Source: Selaginella moellendorffii (Eukaryota; Plantae; Lycopodiophyta). From it: DNA of 64,000 nt. The first letter of the stretch is position 1; each line of letters starts with the position of its first letter. The stretch spans positions 136,772-200,771 of the forward strand of contig NW_003314415.1 of the NCBI RefSeq assembly GCF_000143415.4, written 5' to 3'. The notes beneath the pieces were generated by a model that ran no database searches, was not told where the DNA came from, and was given only the letters and a program-made list of their open reading frames with translations. The translations under genes were made by a program, and so were the position numbers. Of this stretch, positions 42,965 to 56,430 are shown piece by piece.

Positions 42965-43508
42965 ATGGAGGTTTGTCCGCTGCTTGCGCTTCGAATCAGG
43001 CTTGTGATCCAGAAGCTCAAACGCGCCGCGCTCAGGCTTAAAGGTAGATTGTTTTTTGGATCCCAGAGATTTAGCTGCTTATCAGGAAAGAAGAAGAGGA
43101 AAAGCTCCACAGAGCAGAGAATTCAGCCGGCTAGAAGAACACCCAAGGAAATCAAGAGAGAATATGGATTCGAGGTCTGCAAATCAACTGGCAATAGAGA
43201 TGCTAGCTTTGTTTTGGATCTTACTTGAGGGCCTCTCTCTTATTGACAGGATTCTCCAGCAGCAAAGGCCAGAGCTGCTCTAGCAGAGCGCCAGGAGAAA
43301 CTCAAGGTAAAGTGGATCTTAGATCTTACACTCTTTTTTAGACTAGGAAGAGAGATTCCGGCCCAGATTCCCACTATCTCACTTTTAAACAACGCTCCAG
43401 AGGGTAGAGGACAAGGCCCAAGCACTACACAGCAATTCGGAGAACTTCGCCGCGACAGCGAGAGAGCTGGAGAAGATGATGGCCTCTCGCAAATGGTGGC
43501 AAGTTTAG
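42965..43508 (+). CDS. Tomosyn-derived soluble R-SNARE mini-protein 2 (~110 aa, 4 exons; start uncertain)
   Basis: Same exon structure as copy 1; last exon RVEDKAQALHSNSENFAATARELEKMMASRKWWQV*. Confidence 0.72.
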
Positions 43509-43677
43509 AGAGATTGCTCGTTCGTTCGTTAGCTCTTCGTCAAACAAACAAAAGAACTATGCTCGATCGATTTTGATGATCGAGTAGTTCGCGTAGTTCT
43601 TTCAAGCAATGAGAGGGAGGGACGTGGACGCGTGCTTGTAAATCTCGTTGATCGATTCGAAAGTGACAAGATCGGCT

Positions 43678-46600
43678 TTAGATTTCCCACCATTTTCTGG
43701 ACTCCATTTTCTTCGCGAGCTCTTCAGCCATTGATGCAAAGTTCTCTGCGTTGTCTTGCATTTCTTCCGTCCTCCGGTTTATGTTCTGTTACCAACGTTA
43801 GGCTCTTTGGATTGCAGAAAGATCATGCTCACCTGCAAGCGCTCCTGCCGTTCCATCAATCGATCTCTGGCGTGTGCCGCGGCGCTGCTTGCCTCCTAAA
43901 CCCCATTCATGCAAAATCGAGTGAGTGAATGAGCTGAAAGAAACTTCTCTGGTAGTTAGTTACCGCGGATCTCTTGTGACCATAGGCTGCCTTGATCTCT
44001 TCGGCTGTTCGCATTGTCGGCGTTTTGCTTGATTGTTTAGTCTCCGTTGAGCCACCTTCAAAAAGCATATTTCTCTCCTCGTCCTCGTCCCCTTTGATAG
44101 AAGCTTTCTTCTTGCCTGCTAAAAGCAAACGATTGTAAGATTGATTCTTGTACTAGAAAGAAGTACCTTTGTTGAAGCTACTTCTCAACTTTCTCATCAC
44201 ACCGCCCTTTTTTACCGAGCCTTCCGAAGGCGATGGCGATGGCGACTTCAAGTCGTCGTCACCGAGATCGATGTCATCTGCAGAGCCATAGAGTGAGAGA
44301 GAAAGAGAGAATTGGAACCTTGACCTTACCAATATCTAACTCAGTTTCTTTGTCAGGACTGTCGGTCTGCCGCTCGGCATTTCGATCATTATGGCGTTCG
44401 TTGGAAGAAGACTCTGAACTCGCAGCCGCCTTCAGCCTTTTCACTATACTAGTTCCATGGGAGGCGACCGGTGACACTTGCTTCGAGAAAAGCTTGGGGA
44501 GCTCAAGGGCCGTACGCTCCCCGCCCACAGCATTGCCTAGAGAATGCTTTAATTCTTTCATAACTCCGCCAAAAAGATCCTGGATCTGACTTTGCTGTAG
44601 AACGAAAGACATTTACATTTACATTTACATCAGTCAGTAAGCCAAGAGAAAAAACAAGCTCTCACCTTCTTCTTGGCTGCTTGAACACTCGCTTTAATGG
44701 CTGCTTCTGTTGCTGTGGCAACATCTTTATCGTATAGTAGCGGGTAAGAGCCCGGTAACCTGTTCCAAATGTTTTAGCCATTAAAGAAACTTTCCACTAA
44801 CACACCTCATGTCGTTTTCATCTGCAACGACTGACATAAACAAAACCTCCTGATCTGCATCAACCTGTCAAAAGACCATTCAGTATGGAGATGATGGAAA
44901 ATGATAGTCGACATACTGCAGTTACACGTCCATTGGATGCTACAGCAAAAGTTCTGAAGAAGCTTGGACTGCTGCCAAATTCCCAACGTAAAGACTCACT
45001 TAGCGAGGTTAATTTGATAACCTCCAACGCTGGTAACGACCTGCTGGCACAAAGAACATTAAAACAATGCATTACAACCCTGGCAACGTTACCGGATTTC
45101 AATATCACCGGTATCATATAGAAGAAGAAGACCGGAGCCGTGTATTCCGCTATCAAATACCGATGCCGCGCAGCAAGGCTTTTCAAGTCTTTCTTTTCTA
45201 ATTGTTGTTCGCATTCCCTGAAACAAAGCATTTGGAACAAAACCTTTGAATTCTTTAGAATAACGAACCTGAAGAACAGATGAAATAGAATACACGCGCA
45301 ATGAATCTTCAGAGCATAATAGTACGAGGTTGTCAGATCCTGTCCAGTCGTCGTCCTGTTTCACATCCTCCTCTATTTCTTCGTTCCCTTCGGCAGGTTC
45401 AATATGGCTACCTGAGCTGTCAGTCTCAATAACAGCCATTACAACGGACCGTTTAGAGGCTTTCCTTGAAGGAGCTCGAGATACTGATTTTACTGACGAT
45501 CCTGATGGATCTGATTAAGAGGACATACAATTCAGCATCCAGCCAGCTTTTGAAAAAAGGGAGACAGGCGTACCGAGAACATGTAGAGAAATCGCAACGG
45601 AAGGATTATTAGGACGACCAGAGCCAATAGTCTTCCCGCTGCTGCCATCAATTGCAGCAATACACGCATCCTTCAGTAACACAAGTACAATAGTGTCTTG
45701 TTTGAACGATTTTGGGTCGCGTGCTGGAAGACTTATAAAACAAGACGAGACAATTCCTGAGGGACTCCCACATTTCCCATGGAAACGAACCACGCAAGCT
45801 TCGATATCGAACAAGGTAACCTGTTTCAAAAAGCCGATCAGTCGTAAAAACAATAAATGGTTGTGCATACCAATCCATTGTCATCGCCAATTGCAATACA
45901 ACGACAGTCGGTTCTGATAGTTAAGCTTCTGATTGGTGCTGTGTGGAGGTTTAGAACAGCAAAACACTGAAACCCAGCAGAATACTCTATTTCTCTTTCT
46001 GCAGGCGGAAGGTGATTCTGTAAGCTTTGTAACGCAAAAACAAATATTACTTGTCGATGGCTCGTTCTTGCTGATAAAATGGCACGTCCCTTCCCCCGAT
46101 TCGCCTTGCATTGTATATACAAAAACCTGCGCGTGGTGAAATTCATTTCCATTGGGTAATTCTCCAAGAAAAACTTACAAGACCAGCCTCGTCACCAGCT
46201 GCTAGCAGCCCAACCGTTGGACAGAAGTCAATAGCACATGTGGAGGCTAATTCCGATCCTACCAGCTCCTGTACAATGGTTTTCAGCGTTTTGGAGTTAC
46301 ACAAATCATTCGCTTACTCTATTATTCACCGACGCCAAAAAATAGAGACATGGTGTTGAAGCGTCCCAAACGTTGATCAGACCATTTTCATGACCAGTTA
46401 TGTAGAGACAGGGTGGCGACCTTCTGTCAACAGTAGTAGAGCTGAAGTTTCCGCCACTGACATGCCATCTCATTCCTGATGGAAACGCAGGAGGCACGTA
46501 ACCCTTCATTAAGCGTGGAATCTGATCCATAAAAAGATTAGGCATACATCATAAAGCAAGAAGAACGAGCCTACCTTCAGTATAATACTCGCAACTATAC

Positions 46601-48370
46601 TTTGATCTGGAATGGCCAACAGTCTCGCACACGTGACTGTAGAAAACGTCAAAGGAAGCTGGAAGGGAACGGGTTGAGCAGGAGGCTTCTCAGCTTTTAT
46701 AGAGTCGTAGATGTTGGCTTCCTCATACACATCCAAAGAACCAGGTGATGAAAGCACCAACATCGCTCCGTTCCCGATACTCGGGCCACTAGGCAATATA
46801 ATCACGTCCGCAAAAGGTCCACGAAGTGGGAGTTGCATTTGACAAGTAGGATCTGTTACAGGTAAGACCTGCAAGAAAGGAAGATAAGAAAGATGCAGCA
46901 GGCACAAAATGTAAAGACAAACCGTCACAACTTCCGCCATTCCCATTTCCTGTCCTCCAAACACGTAAAGGTAACCACTAGGCCCCTTGTCACTCTTGAC
47001 AGAAGTAGACCACCTCATCACCACGACCGGCATTCGAAATTCCTCCGAAGATAAAATGATCTTGAGAACTGGTGAGCTCGAAACGTCTGGTTTTTCTGCT
47101 TTTCCCTTGGGATTGACAGGGATGTTCCACAACCAGATATCACCATCTGTGTAGCCGCAAGCGAGTAGCGTGCCAGACGGGCATGCCCAGCACGCACAGC
47201 ACGGTTCCTTCTCTTCCTCGTCACTACCTGAAGATTTCCCCCCAGAAAGTTTTCTCTGCTGATCTTCGGTTCCTCCGCGGATGGCAAGGACTTGAGCTTC
47301 ATGAAGTCCCCACAATACAATAACACCATTCCCATAGACAATAACAACCCTGGAAAAAGAAAAATCAGGACGATATCAGTCACAGAAACAACCAGAAACC
47401 ACTAGTTTTTTTTTCATTTCTCTTGCCTGCTATGAACAGCATCGGGTTGAGGAAGAATGCTCACCACCGACGGTGCACTTGAGTCGTCCGTATCTATCAA
47501 TCCACCTGCAATCGAATAGATAATAAAGAACTGCTAAAACATTTTCGCTAGAAACGTACTTAATGTCAAATGGGCAGGAACTGTGTATTGCATCTGGACA
47601 AAACAACGATCCTCGTTGTTGAAATGGAGTACAGAAACCTGCCCGGTTTCATCTCCAACGTACCTGAAAGAACATATAAACAACACCAAGTTAACACAAC
47701 ATGAGATACCAGACAAAAAACTCATACATAAATGCTGTTGCCTGAATAACTGCGAACGCACTGATGTCAGCTTCCCACGTTTTAGACGAGACAAGCTCCT
47801 TTGTACTCAAGTCCCAAACCTGTCCAAATACCAACGAAGATCTCTCTCAAGAACAGCAAGAAAGGTAACGAAGAAAATCCAAAGCTACCTCGATTTCGTT
47901 GCGAGTTGTGACATGGATCAATCGTCCTTCATTGTTAACGAACTGTGAAAAGAGACATGGCTAAACAACACACTCAAATAAACTACCTTACCTCGAGATA
48001 TTTACAAGGCGCATTCGCGGGCGATTTGAAAAGAACTTCAACTCCTTCACGGCCAAAGATTTTGATCCGTCCATCCCTGTGCCAAATAAAATCCGAGAAG
48101 ACTAACGAAAGAGATCGCTTGCATGCTGACAAACCTGGAGGCAATTGCCAATAAACGCTGGCCGGGCTCATACGCGAGGACAGAGGCCGAGGCAGGAATC
48201 CCGTGATGAACAGTCAGTCTCAGATCCACATGCGTGGGCTTGAGACTATTCACTGATTTCGGGGACGATGCCTGTAATGCAGATTCCAATCAAACATTGC
48301 CTCGATCCGGGAGGCTGGAGCTTACCTCGCCGCTGCCACTGGATTTCTGCTGGATCACGCGCTTAAACAT
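43678..48370 (-). CDS. Tomosyn / lethal-giant-larvae-like WD40 protein with C-terminal R-SNARE motif, multi-exon
   Basis: [55 protein letters not shown]; C-terminus [11 protein letters not shown]/..[47 protein letters not shown]. Confidence 0.9.
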
Positions 48371-49228
48371 CGCTGCTACGAATCAGGCACCATCACCTGA
48401 GCCGGTCCATCTTGATTTCACGGGCAATGCGGCCCTGCTGCCACAAAACCCTAGCCCCGGATCGGCGAGCGATCCAACGCGCGATATTACCACGCAGATC
48501 GATGCGCGCAGCGACGAGATCCAGCGCGATCAGCAGGAGGAGGCGCCAGAGCGGATTTGGGGCGAAGAGAGCACCACAATGAACGAGGAAATGAAGAGAA
48601 ATGTCGACGGCGTCCATTGGGGAGGCCAAGGCTAAAAGACCTAAGACTTACGAAATTTGGGCCATATGGTCCATTCAACTATTGTACGAATATTCGCATC
48701 GTGCTTACTTATTCTCTCTAAACCAAAGCCAATCGAAGCCGTCCACCTGGAGCCAATCGCGTCCGTCTCATTTTCATGAAGCATATTCTTTAATCACGTT
48801 CTTCAACGCCTCTGACAAAGAAAAGAATTCTGACCATTACCTAGGTACGTGCATGCATGAGTGCAAAAATGAGACAACATAGTGCTTAGACTCCATTCTT
48901 TTGGCAACGGGCAAATCACTGTCCGCCACCTTTTTATAACACGCAAAAATAAAACTGTAAGACCAGTTTGGAGTTACTACACACATACCAACACGGTTTT
49001 TGTCGACTCCCACAGGTGGACGCGGTGAGTTGTGCCAGCCAAGATTTTTTCTCACGAAAGTCTCACATCAACGCTGCCCAGCCAATCTTGGGCCGCCACC
49101 TTTGGAACGCCCAAGTCTTTCTTTAAAAGTCCTCACTACTAGATTAAAGACGGGTTAAGGTGGAGCTGGATCCAACTCAGCTTTCGTGCTGTGTTAACGC
49201 GCTTACTCCGCGGCTATGCGAGAAACAG

Positions 49229-49236
49229 TATAAATG
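49229..49236 (+). promoter_or_regulatory. Probable TATA box of XTH
   Basis: TATAAATG ~145 nt upstream of the ATG. Confidence 0.55.
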
Positions 49237-49374
49237 CCCGGCACCACCCTCACTCTCAACCATTCAAGCGATCTTCAGGGTCTCTAGGTGAAAGTGAAGT
49301 TCTCATTCGAGCGATCAATCTCTTATAGAGTGTTTCTCTGTCGCGATCTTGATTTTGCTTTCGTTTCTAGCAAA

Positions 49375-50399
49375 ATGGGTGTTCATGATACGGTGTTTGT
49401 GTCCGCTACTACTGCTGTGCTTCTGGTTTTGATGATCCAGAGCTCGCTCGCTGCTCGTCTCCCTATCAAGTCGGACGTTCCATTCGCCCAAAACTACTAT
49501 GTGAGATGGGCCGACGATCACACGAGAATGCTCAATGGCGGCACTGAAATGCATCTTGTTCTCGACAAGGCATCAGGTAAATCACGCCCTCTTGATCGAA
49601 GCTAGATGCTCATTAATCGATTGATGGTTTTTCTTTTCTTGATCCAGGTGCTGGATTTGGATCCCGGACCAAATACTTATTTGGTCATGTCAGCATGAAG
49701 ATCAAGCTGGTCCCAAAGGACTCCGCCGGGACCGTCACGGCATTCTACATGTCCTCGGAGACCGACAAGCACGACGAGCTCGACTTTGAGTTTTTGGGCA
49801 ACACTTCGGGGCAGCCATATATCGTCCAGACCAACGTTTTCGCCAATGGCGTTGGAAACCGGGAGCAGCGACACTACCTCTGGTTCGACCCCACTCAGGA
49901 CTTTCACAGCTACTCCTTCCTTTGGAACAAGCAGCAGATCATGTAAGTTAGCCCTCTATAGCTACTAGTTTATATCGATCGATCATTGCTGAAACTGTGG
50001 TTTTGGTCCCTCAGATTCTACGTGGACGATGTCCCTCTGCGTGTCCACAAGAATAACGAAGCCATTGGGATCCCATTCCCGAAGAGCCAGCCCATGGGGA
50101 TCTACTCGAGTCTGTGGAATGGAGACGACTGGGCTACTCGCGGCGGGCTGGAGAAGATCAACTGGGATCACGCTCCATTCGTGGCGGCGTACAAGGGATT
50201 CAGCGTGGATGCTTGCGCCGGGGGTGTGGAGTCGTGCAGCGCTCCCAGGGGCAACTGGTGGGAGCAAGAGGCATTCCAGAGCACCGACGAGGAGACCAAG
50301 AGCAAGCTCAAGTGGGTCAAGGACAACTACATGATCTATGACTACTGCAGCGACGGCAAGAGGTTTCCCACGACTCCCGCGGACTGTGGCCAGTTTTAA
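49375..50399 (+). CDS. XTH: Xyloglucan endotransglucosylase/hydrolase (GH16), 3 exons
   Basis: Signal peptide, [10 protein letters not shown], catalytic [31 protein letters not shown]. Confidence 0.96.
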
Positions 50400-52519
50400 T
50401 TTTCGAGCGAGATTCTAGAACGGGAATTTCTTGTAAATGGAAAGAGATTAGCATCTTGGTTGTATAGACATTCTTTTCATTCGAAGAAAAGCGCGAGTTC
50501 TAGCTTTTACCAGCAGAGAACGAAATGTAGATCCAAGTAGATTATTTCCTCAGTTCTTGTTGTTACTAATAAAGAGGATCCGAGATGCTTTGACCCGCAG
50601 TCAACGGACGGTCAATTGGCGAGCGTAGTCCAGATCTAGCGAACAGATCAAGAAGAGATTTTATTCAGGTACAAAGAATGAGCTGTAACGTAATTACGCA
50701 TGGCACATACTGTAGTGGACTTTTAGGGTAACCTTAAGAGCACGATGACGAACTATGATGTCGTGGTTGTAGTTGCGCTCGAAGGTGAACCAGTCCAGAC
50801 AGATCAAACTAGCTCAGCCATCAAGGTACGGCACACAAGGTCCCCGCTGATGTCTCCACATTCGAAATGCTCCGAACCTTTCTGGAGCATCTGCTCCACA
50901 ATGCTCGTATGCCTGTGCAAGAGACGAATCTACTGGTAGTGGTACAGCTTCGGCACAGACATTCTGTCTGTGAATGAAGACCTGTTTGTGCGGATTTGGA
51001 AGCCCTAGTGTATTTTTTCTGGAGGTGGTGATGTCACATTTGAGCTTCCTGCAAGGCCCCTTCCCAGCTGAGAGATTTCATTACTCAGGCACCGGGGCTC
51101 CGTTCGCCCTTACGTGAGGTTGCCAACGGGAGAAGATATTTAGGCCTGCAGAGCTTGGTGAGAACTGTTTGGAGATTGTACCTTTCGTTCTTCGCCTAAT
51201 CTCACCGCCGCAGCATAAATAACTTCCACCACCTTTATGATAGTCTTATCTCGGACGTCATGGCCTTTTTCTTCGTAGCAGAAGCCTGGGTGAGGATCAG
51301 GGATGATAACGCTGGTGAAGGTTACAGTGGCATCATTTGATTGCAAGATTTGCTGGGATGTATGCACTCTTTAGAGCTGAAGAGAAGGGGACGCGAAGCA
51401 AAGGGGACCTCGGGAAGAAACTCGTAGATAAACTGGAGTGGACTTATGAATCATTCCCGAGTACGTTGTAATGCTGTGTCCAGTTTGGTCGAACCCTAAT
51501 TGAGTGCTGACGTGGCAAGTGGGCATGCGAGGTTTTTTGGTTCAGAGAGAAGCAATGGGTGTTGGGTGTGAATGTGCAGGGTGTTTTAGTAGTGTGTTCT
51601 TCAGAGGTTGATCTCTCTTGGTTTCTCTAGTTTCTTGGCTTGGGTCCATGAATGGAGGGTTGGTCCCTGTTATGGTGGAATTGGCAGCCACATTGCTAAA
51701 TGATTTCATGAGCAGTGTGTAGCTATTCATTCTTGGACCATTTGTGGAAGATTGACGATTGCTAAATTAAGCATCATAAGTGGTTTTTAATTTGAGCAAT
51801 GTAAACAAAGCTTGCTTTGTGTGGCATCAAGGACTTTCAGTGAGAATGCTAAAGGCATTGCTGGAAAGTGATGCAAAAAATCGAGGCAAAAGGCCTGATT
51901 TTTGAGGCATACAAGTGAGCCAAACAAGAAAGCTGTTTGAACACCCCGTGCATGTGAGAAGAAGTTTATTGTGGCTAGTACTGTAGCATACTAGCATTTC
52001 TTTCTTGGGGGAAATGGCAAATACTAAGGCAAATGCTACTCAAATGTAAGGAATGAGGGAGAGAAAATCCCAAAGGTTGTATTTGTTGAGCAAATTGTCA
52101 AAGAGCCAGGGTGGGCAGGCTGTAGTGGCTTTGAAATCAACAGGGTATGGTGGCTCAAAATTCTTTCAAGTTGATGTAGAGGATTGCAAAGAGTTGGTTT
52201 TGATTCTACTGGCTGGGTATCTTGGCAAGATAAGAATGAGTGTGATATTATAAGTGGATGTTGGTTTGGCTTGGCTTGGAGCATGGAGGTTTGATCTGTA
52301 GATATGACACAAATTCAAAAATGTAAGAGGAGAAAATGGGTCTGTACATCTTAATTCAGAAGAAAACATGCACAATATTTATTTCCTGGTAGAGCATGGT
52401 ACAGATTTAGTATTCTGTCTTGTGTGAGGACACACAAATCTCACCGGGGGAACGACCGCTACATATGTACCGGGCTACCATGACGCTAGTTTGGGTCAAA
52501 CCCTAACCAATCACTGAGG

Positions 52520-52619
52520 NNNNNNNNNNNNNNNNNNNNNNNNNNNNNNNNNNNNNNNNNNNNNNNNNNNNNNNNNNNNNNNNNNNNNNNNNNNNNNNNN
52601 NNNNNNNNNNNNNNNNNNN
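52520..52619. other. Assembly gap (100 N)
   Basis: Run of N. Confidence 1.
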
Positions 52620-52620
52620 T

Positions 52621-52871
52621 TCAGCTAGAGTCACTGAAACAACTGGTGGAGTGCTTGTATTGCATATGCCAGGCAGTGGTGTGGCTGGACAGTGAGGCAT
52701 TGATGCCAAGGGACATCAGATGGGACAATGTAGCACGTCGATATGATGGAGGGGGATGGATACTGCTGGATTTTGATGAGGCTGCGGCAAGCCCAAGTGA
52801 ACGATGCTCGTTCATCATCTCAAGCCAGAGACACATGCACCGGAAATGAGGGTTGGAATTCACACCATAAG
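52621..52871 (+). pseudogene. Atypical protein-kinase-like fragment (RDIRWDN type), frameshifted
   Basis: QLVECLYCICQAVVWLDSEALMPRDIRWDNV...WILLDFDEA, then in a shifted frame HLKPETHAPEM. Confidence 0.65.
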
Positions 52872-55800
52872 GTTTGAGTAACTTTATATAGTATGATCTG
52901 CTTGCAAAGTTTTCTTGTCTACGTCCATTTTTAAGAGCTGAAGAGAAGCAAAACTTGTGGGGAAAATTGGAGTAGATTTTTGAAATATCCCTTATAAATG
53001 TGAGTCAAATAAGTATTTAAAGTTAGAATCTGCTATTAGTAGGTAATATTAAATATTACATTCATTAGACTGTGTATGATGAGGCCAAGAAAATGTGCTA
53101 GAGATTTCTCTTGGAAAAATGAGAAGTAATTATCCTAGAATTTATCCTTTTTTTTATAGGTACTTGAGTTTTTTATTTTAATCAGCTGCAATGAAAGTAC
53201 AAGAAACTTGTAAGAAAAAAAATCCTCAAAGAAGCCTGTAATATACAACACAAGAAATTTCCTAGGAAAATAGATGCCTAGAAAATTGTAAAAGAAAACT
53301 TAAAAAATAGAAAATTTCAAGTTCTAAAATGCTAGTCAAAGGTTTGTAGAGTTCTTTCAAACAAAAATCAACAAAGAAAAAAATTGTGTTATTATTCAAG
53401 AACAAAGAGAATAAATAGGCCTCGTTATGTTTCGGTCTCTACCTATGTTAACCTCTGGAATGGCCAATAAAGCTTGATGAGATTTTATCTCAGCTGGTAA
53501 CTAGGAATTCCTTTAGAAATTTAATATTTACAATATTTCATGATAATGATCTACATAAAGAAATCCTCACAAACATAAAATAAATGAAACAAATACATCT
53601 TTAGACTGTTAAGAGAATGAACTTCCACTTCTGATGGTTAGAAAGACAAACTTCCAAGAATAAGGTCTATAAAAATAGTGTATGCCCTTAATTTCTACAG
53701 TAAAGTTGCTCCACCAACTTGTCTATCTATTTCTATTTCAAGGTACATTTCCATTATATTATTTTTCATTTTGTGTGAATAGCAGAGGACTTAAAACGAT
53801 TGAGGAGAATAAAGTGATTGTGTTACATTTGGTGTTGATATTTTAGATAATTATTTGGTGAATGTGAAAGAATATGTTCTATCTCAATGTCATATTGATA
53901 TGAAAGTAACAGATAGAGCAGGGAGTTAGACTAAAAAAGTTTTCAACTCTCCAACCTAAACAAGTGATTCCTTTTTCATAGATGTCTAAAGGTATAATAT
54001 AAATCTTTTATGAGTTTTTTGGTAACTAAAACTCCTCACACAGTCACAATAGATAGTGTTGCTGGTGATGGTGGCAAAGATTATAGCAATGACACAGAAA
54101 GTATATAACTAAATCATATGTGATTTTAGACATATATAGCTAAGCACAAATTTCATGTGACTTGTATTGTAGTCTATTGCATTTATCAGCATGAGATGGG
54201 TAGAGTAGACTTAAGGGCATTTCTAGATGATTGACAAGGAGGGAACCATTGGTATATAGAGCTTGAGTTTCAAGTCATTTTACAAACAAGGGATAAATAG
54301 GTTAAGGCACCTTCTCACATAATAAGTGCAAGAGATTTAGTCCTTGTGGCTTTCCAAACTAGTGCAATAGGTGCTAAGTTATTCCCATGTGATTTCCAAA
54401 AAATTATAGTTAAGGGCTTTAGTCAACAATAACAAAGGTCAAGCTGGGTTATGTTATAAATCATGAGCTCTTGAAACAAACTCAATCAACAGTGATCAAC
54501 AATCACTGTCTTCAAAAGGAAGTATGGTTTACCAAGTCAGAAATCTTGGCTCCTTTGGTTTAAATGAAGACAGTATGAGAGTCTCTTGTGATGTCTACAA
54601 ATTGTATAAGGACAATAAGAGGGAAATTCAGGGCATGAAATTTTCTAACTATGAACTTGAATAAACCAAGCTAAAGTAAGTGGTGTAATGAGACAAGAAA
54701 ACAAGTATTTGAAACAGTTCATATTTAGGGTGGTACTCATTTTCATGATTTCTTAAGCATCAATTTAAAAGAACCACACATTTCTATAATAAAATATAGG
54801 TGTTGTTCTCACTTTGTGGGGCTACAAGAGGAAAACGAAATACATCTGCAAACATCATAAATAATATTGAACCCTAGGCTAAAATTAACTATCAATTTTT
54901 AGGTAATATACATATAATTTTTATTATATTCATAAGTTTGCATTCTCTTATACTATGACTATAATTTTTTGATGTAATTTACTATCAATTTTCAAAAGTG
55001 GTTCTAATAGTTCAAAATTATTTAGATTTTAGTTGCTAATAGCTTGACATACTTAGACTTAGATCATCTATGTAATTCTTTCTGAGTGATGTTAACTAAA
55101 CTATTTTAAATGGAAATCTATTAAACTTGAGCATAAAAGAACTTAGGTCCAATATGGATAGATAGTGGAGTATGATAATAATAAATAATCACATTATAAT
55201 CTCTATGAATAATTATAGAGTATATGAATTTTACAAAAATATTTACACATATAAACAATAATAGTTTTTTTAGTAGTTAATTCTGTCCATGTCTTTCATA
55301 AACTATGCAAGGTTTCTAATAACTGAAATATGCATCAATTATTGGTTTTCTTAATAGTAGTGTTATTTCTGTTTAGAATTATTAATTATTAATATTTATA
55401 TTTAAAAAAAAAAGATTAATACTATTGCATATCAACCATTAGATGGTAGAATAAACTTGAATATACTAGGAAAATTTAATATTTATAAATAAAAGATTAA
55501 TCTAAGTGAATAGGTGGTAGAATATCCTAAAATATTCAGGAATATTCTATATATACCTAAAAGTTTTCTTAAGTAAACCAAAAAATACTATAATCTAGAT
55601 AAATAATTATTTACTATATGAGTTTTAAAAAACTATTTACAATGACTATATAGATTTAATTATATTTAATATTTAATAAAAAATAAATAGTATTTGAGTT
55701 ATAAAAAATTGTAAGGAAAAATTCTAGAGTATAAATTTCTATTTGTAATGATGAATTTATAAAAAAACATACAAAATTTGCAAACCAAAACCATACACCA

Positions 55801-55889
55801 ATTTGAACTTAACATATGAAAAACCATACGAAATCCAAATACCATATTGGCGAGCATGCTATAGTACCTGCAAATTTCTACAATCATGG

Positions 55890-56430
55890 CTCTAATATCA
55901 ATCTTGGTCGCAATGTTGCCTTCCCCATATGGATGTAACGGATTCGAGTTGCTTGTTTGTGAAGATCATAACATATTCCGGAAGACAAGTGTATAGAAAT
56001 GACCTTCTAAGTTACCATTGAAATACAGCATCAAGTTCGCTCAAGAAAAAAGTAGAAGAGCTTGAGAAAGAAGTAGTTGCAAGGAAGGTAGAATCTACAG
56101 TTAAAAGTGCTTAGCAAGCAGTTGTGACGATAAATCTATTCATGCCACAGCCCAGCGTTGCAGGGCAGTAAACCAGCAAGGAGTGTGCGCATCTCCCCTC
56201 CTCGTTTGCTAACAGGATTCCTCCGGCAGCTGAGAGATGCACGCATGAGCACAACTAATCTTCTCCTTGAATACCTGAGACGTTCTCCTAGATATGGGAG
56301 AATCGCTTGATAGAAGATAAGAAGAACACGTCTACCAGGAGACGGGGGAAGGCCATATGCGCCTGCCACCTGATACGTGACAAGTTGAACAACTACTTAG
56401 ATCTTGCCTGTGAGATGTACAGTATTGGAT
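55890..56430 (-). pseudogene. PEX10: PEX10 relic (internal exons only, degenerate)
   Basis: VAGAYGLPPSPGRRVLLIFYQAILPYLGERL, ANLMLYFN and IRYIHMGKATLRPR resemble successive plant PEX10 exons. No start or RING exon found. Confidence 0.7.

Larger units (their letters stand above)
40329..43659 (+). repeat. Tandem duplication: ~40329-42028 and ~42111-43659
   Basis: Colinear high-identity blocks with small indels; each carries one R-SNARE mini-gene. Confidence 0.9.

Noticed and set aside
53300-54800. Possible decayed transposon coding sequence
   Set aside because: Frames examined were stop-ridden and no diagnostic motif was recognised.
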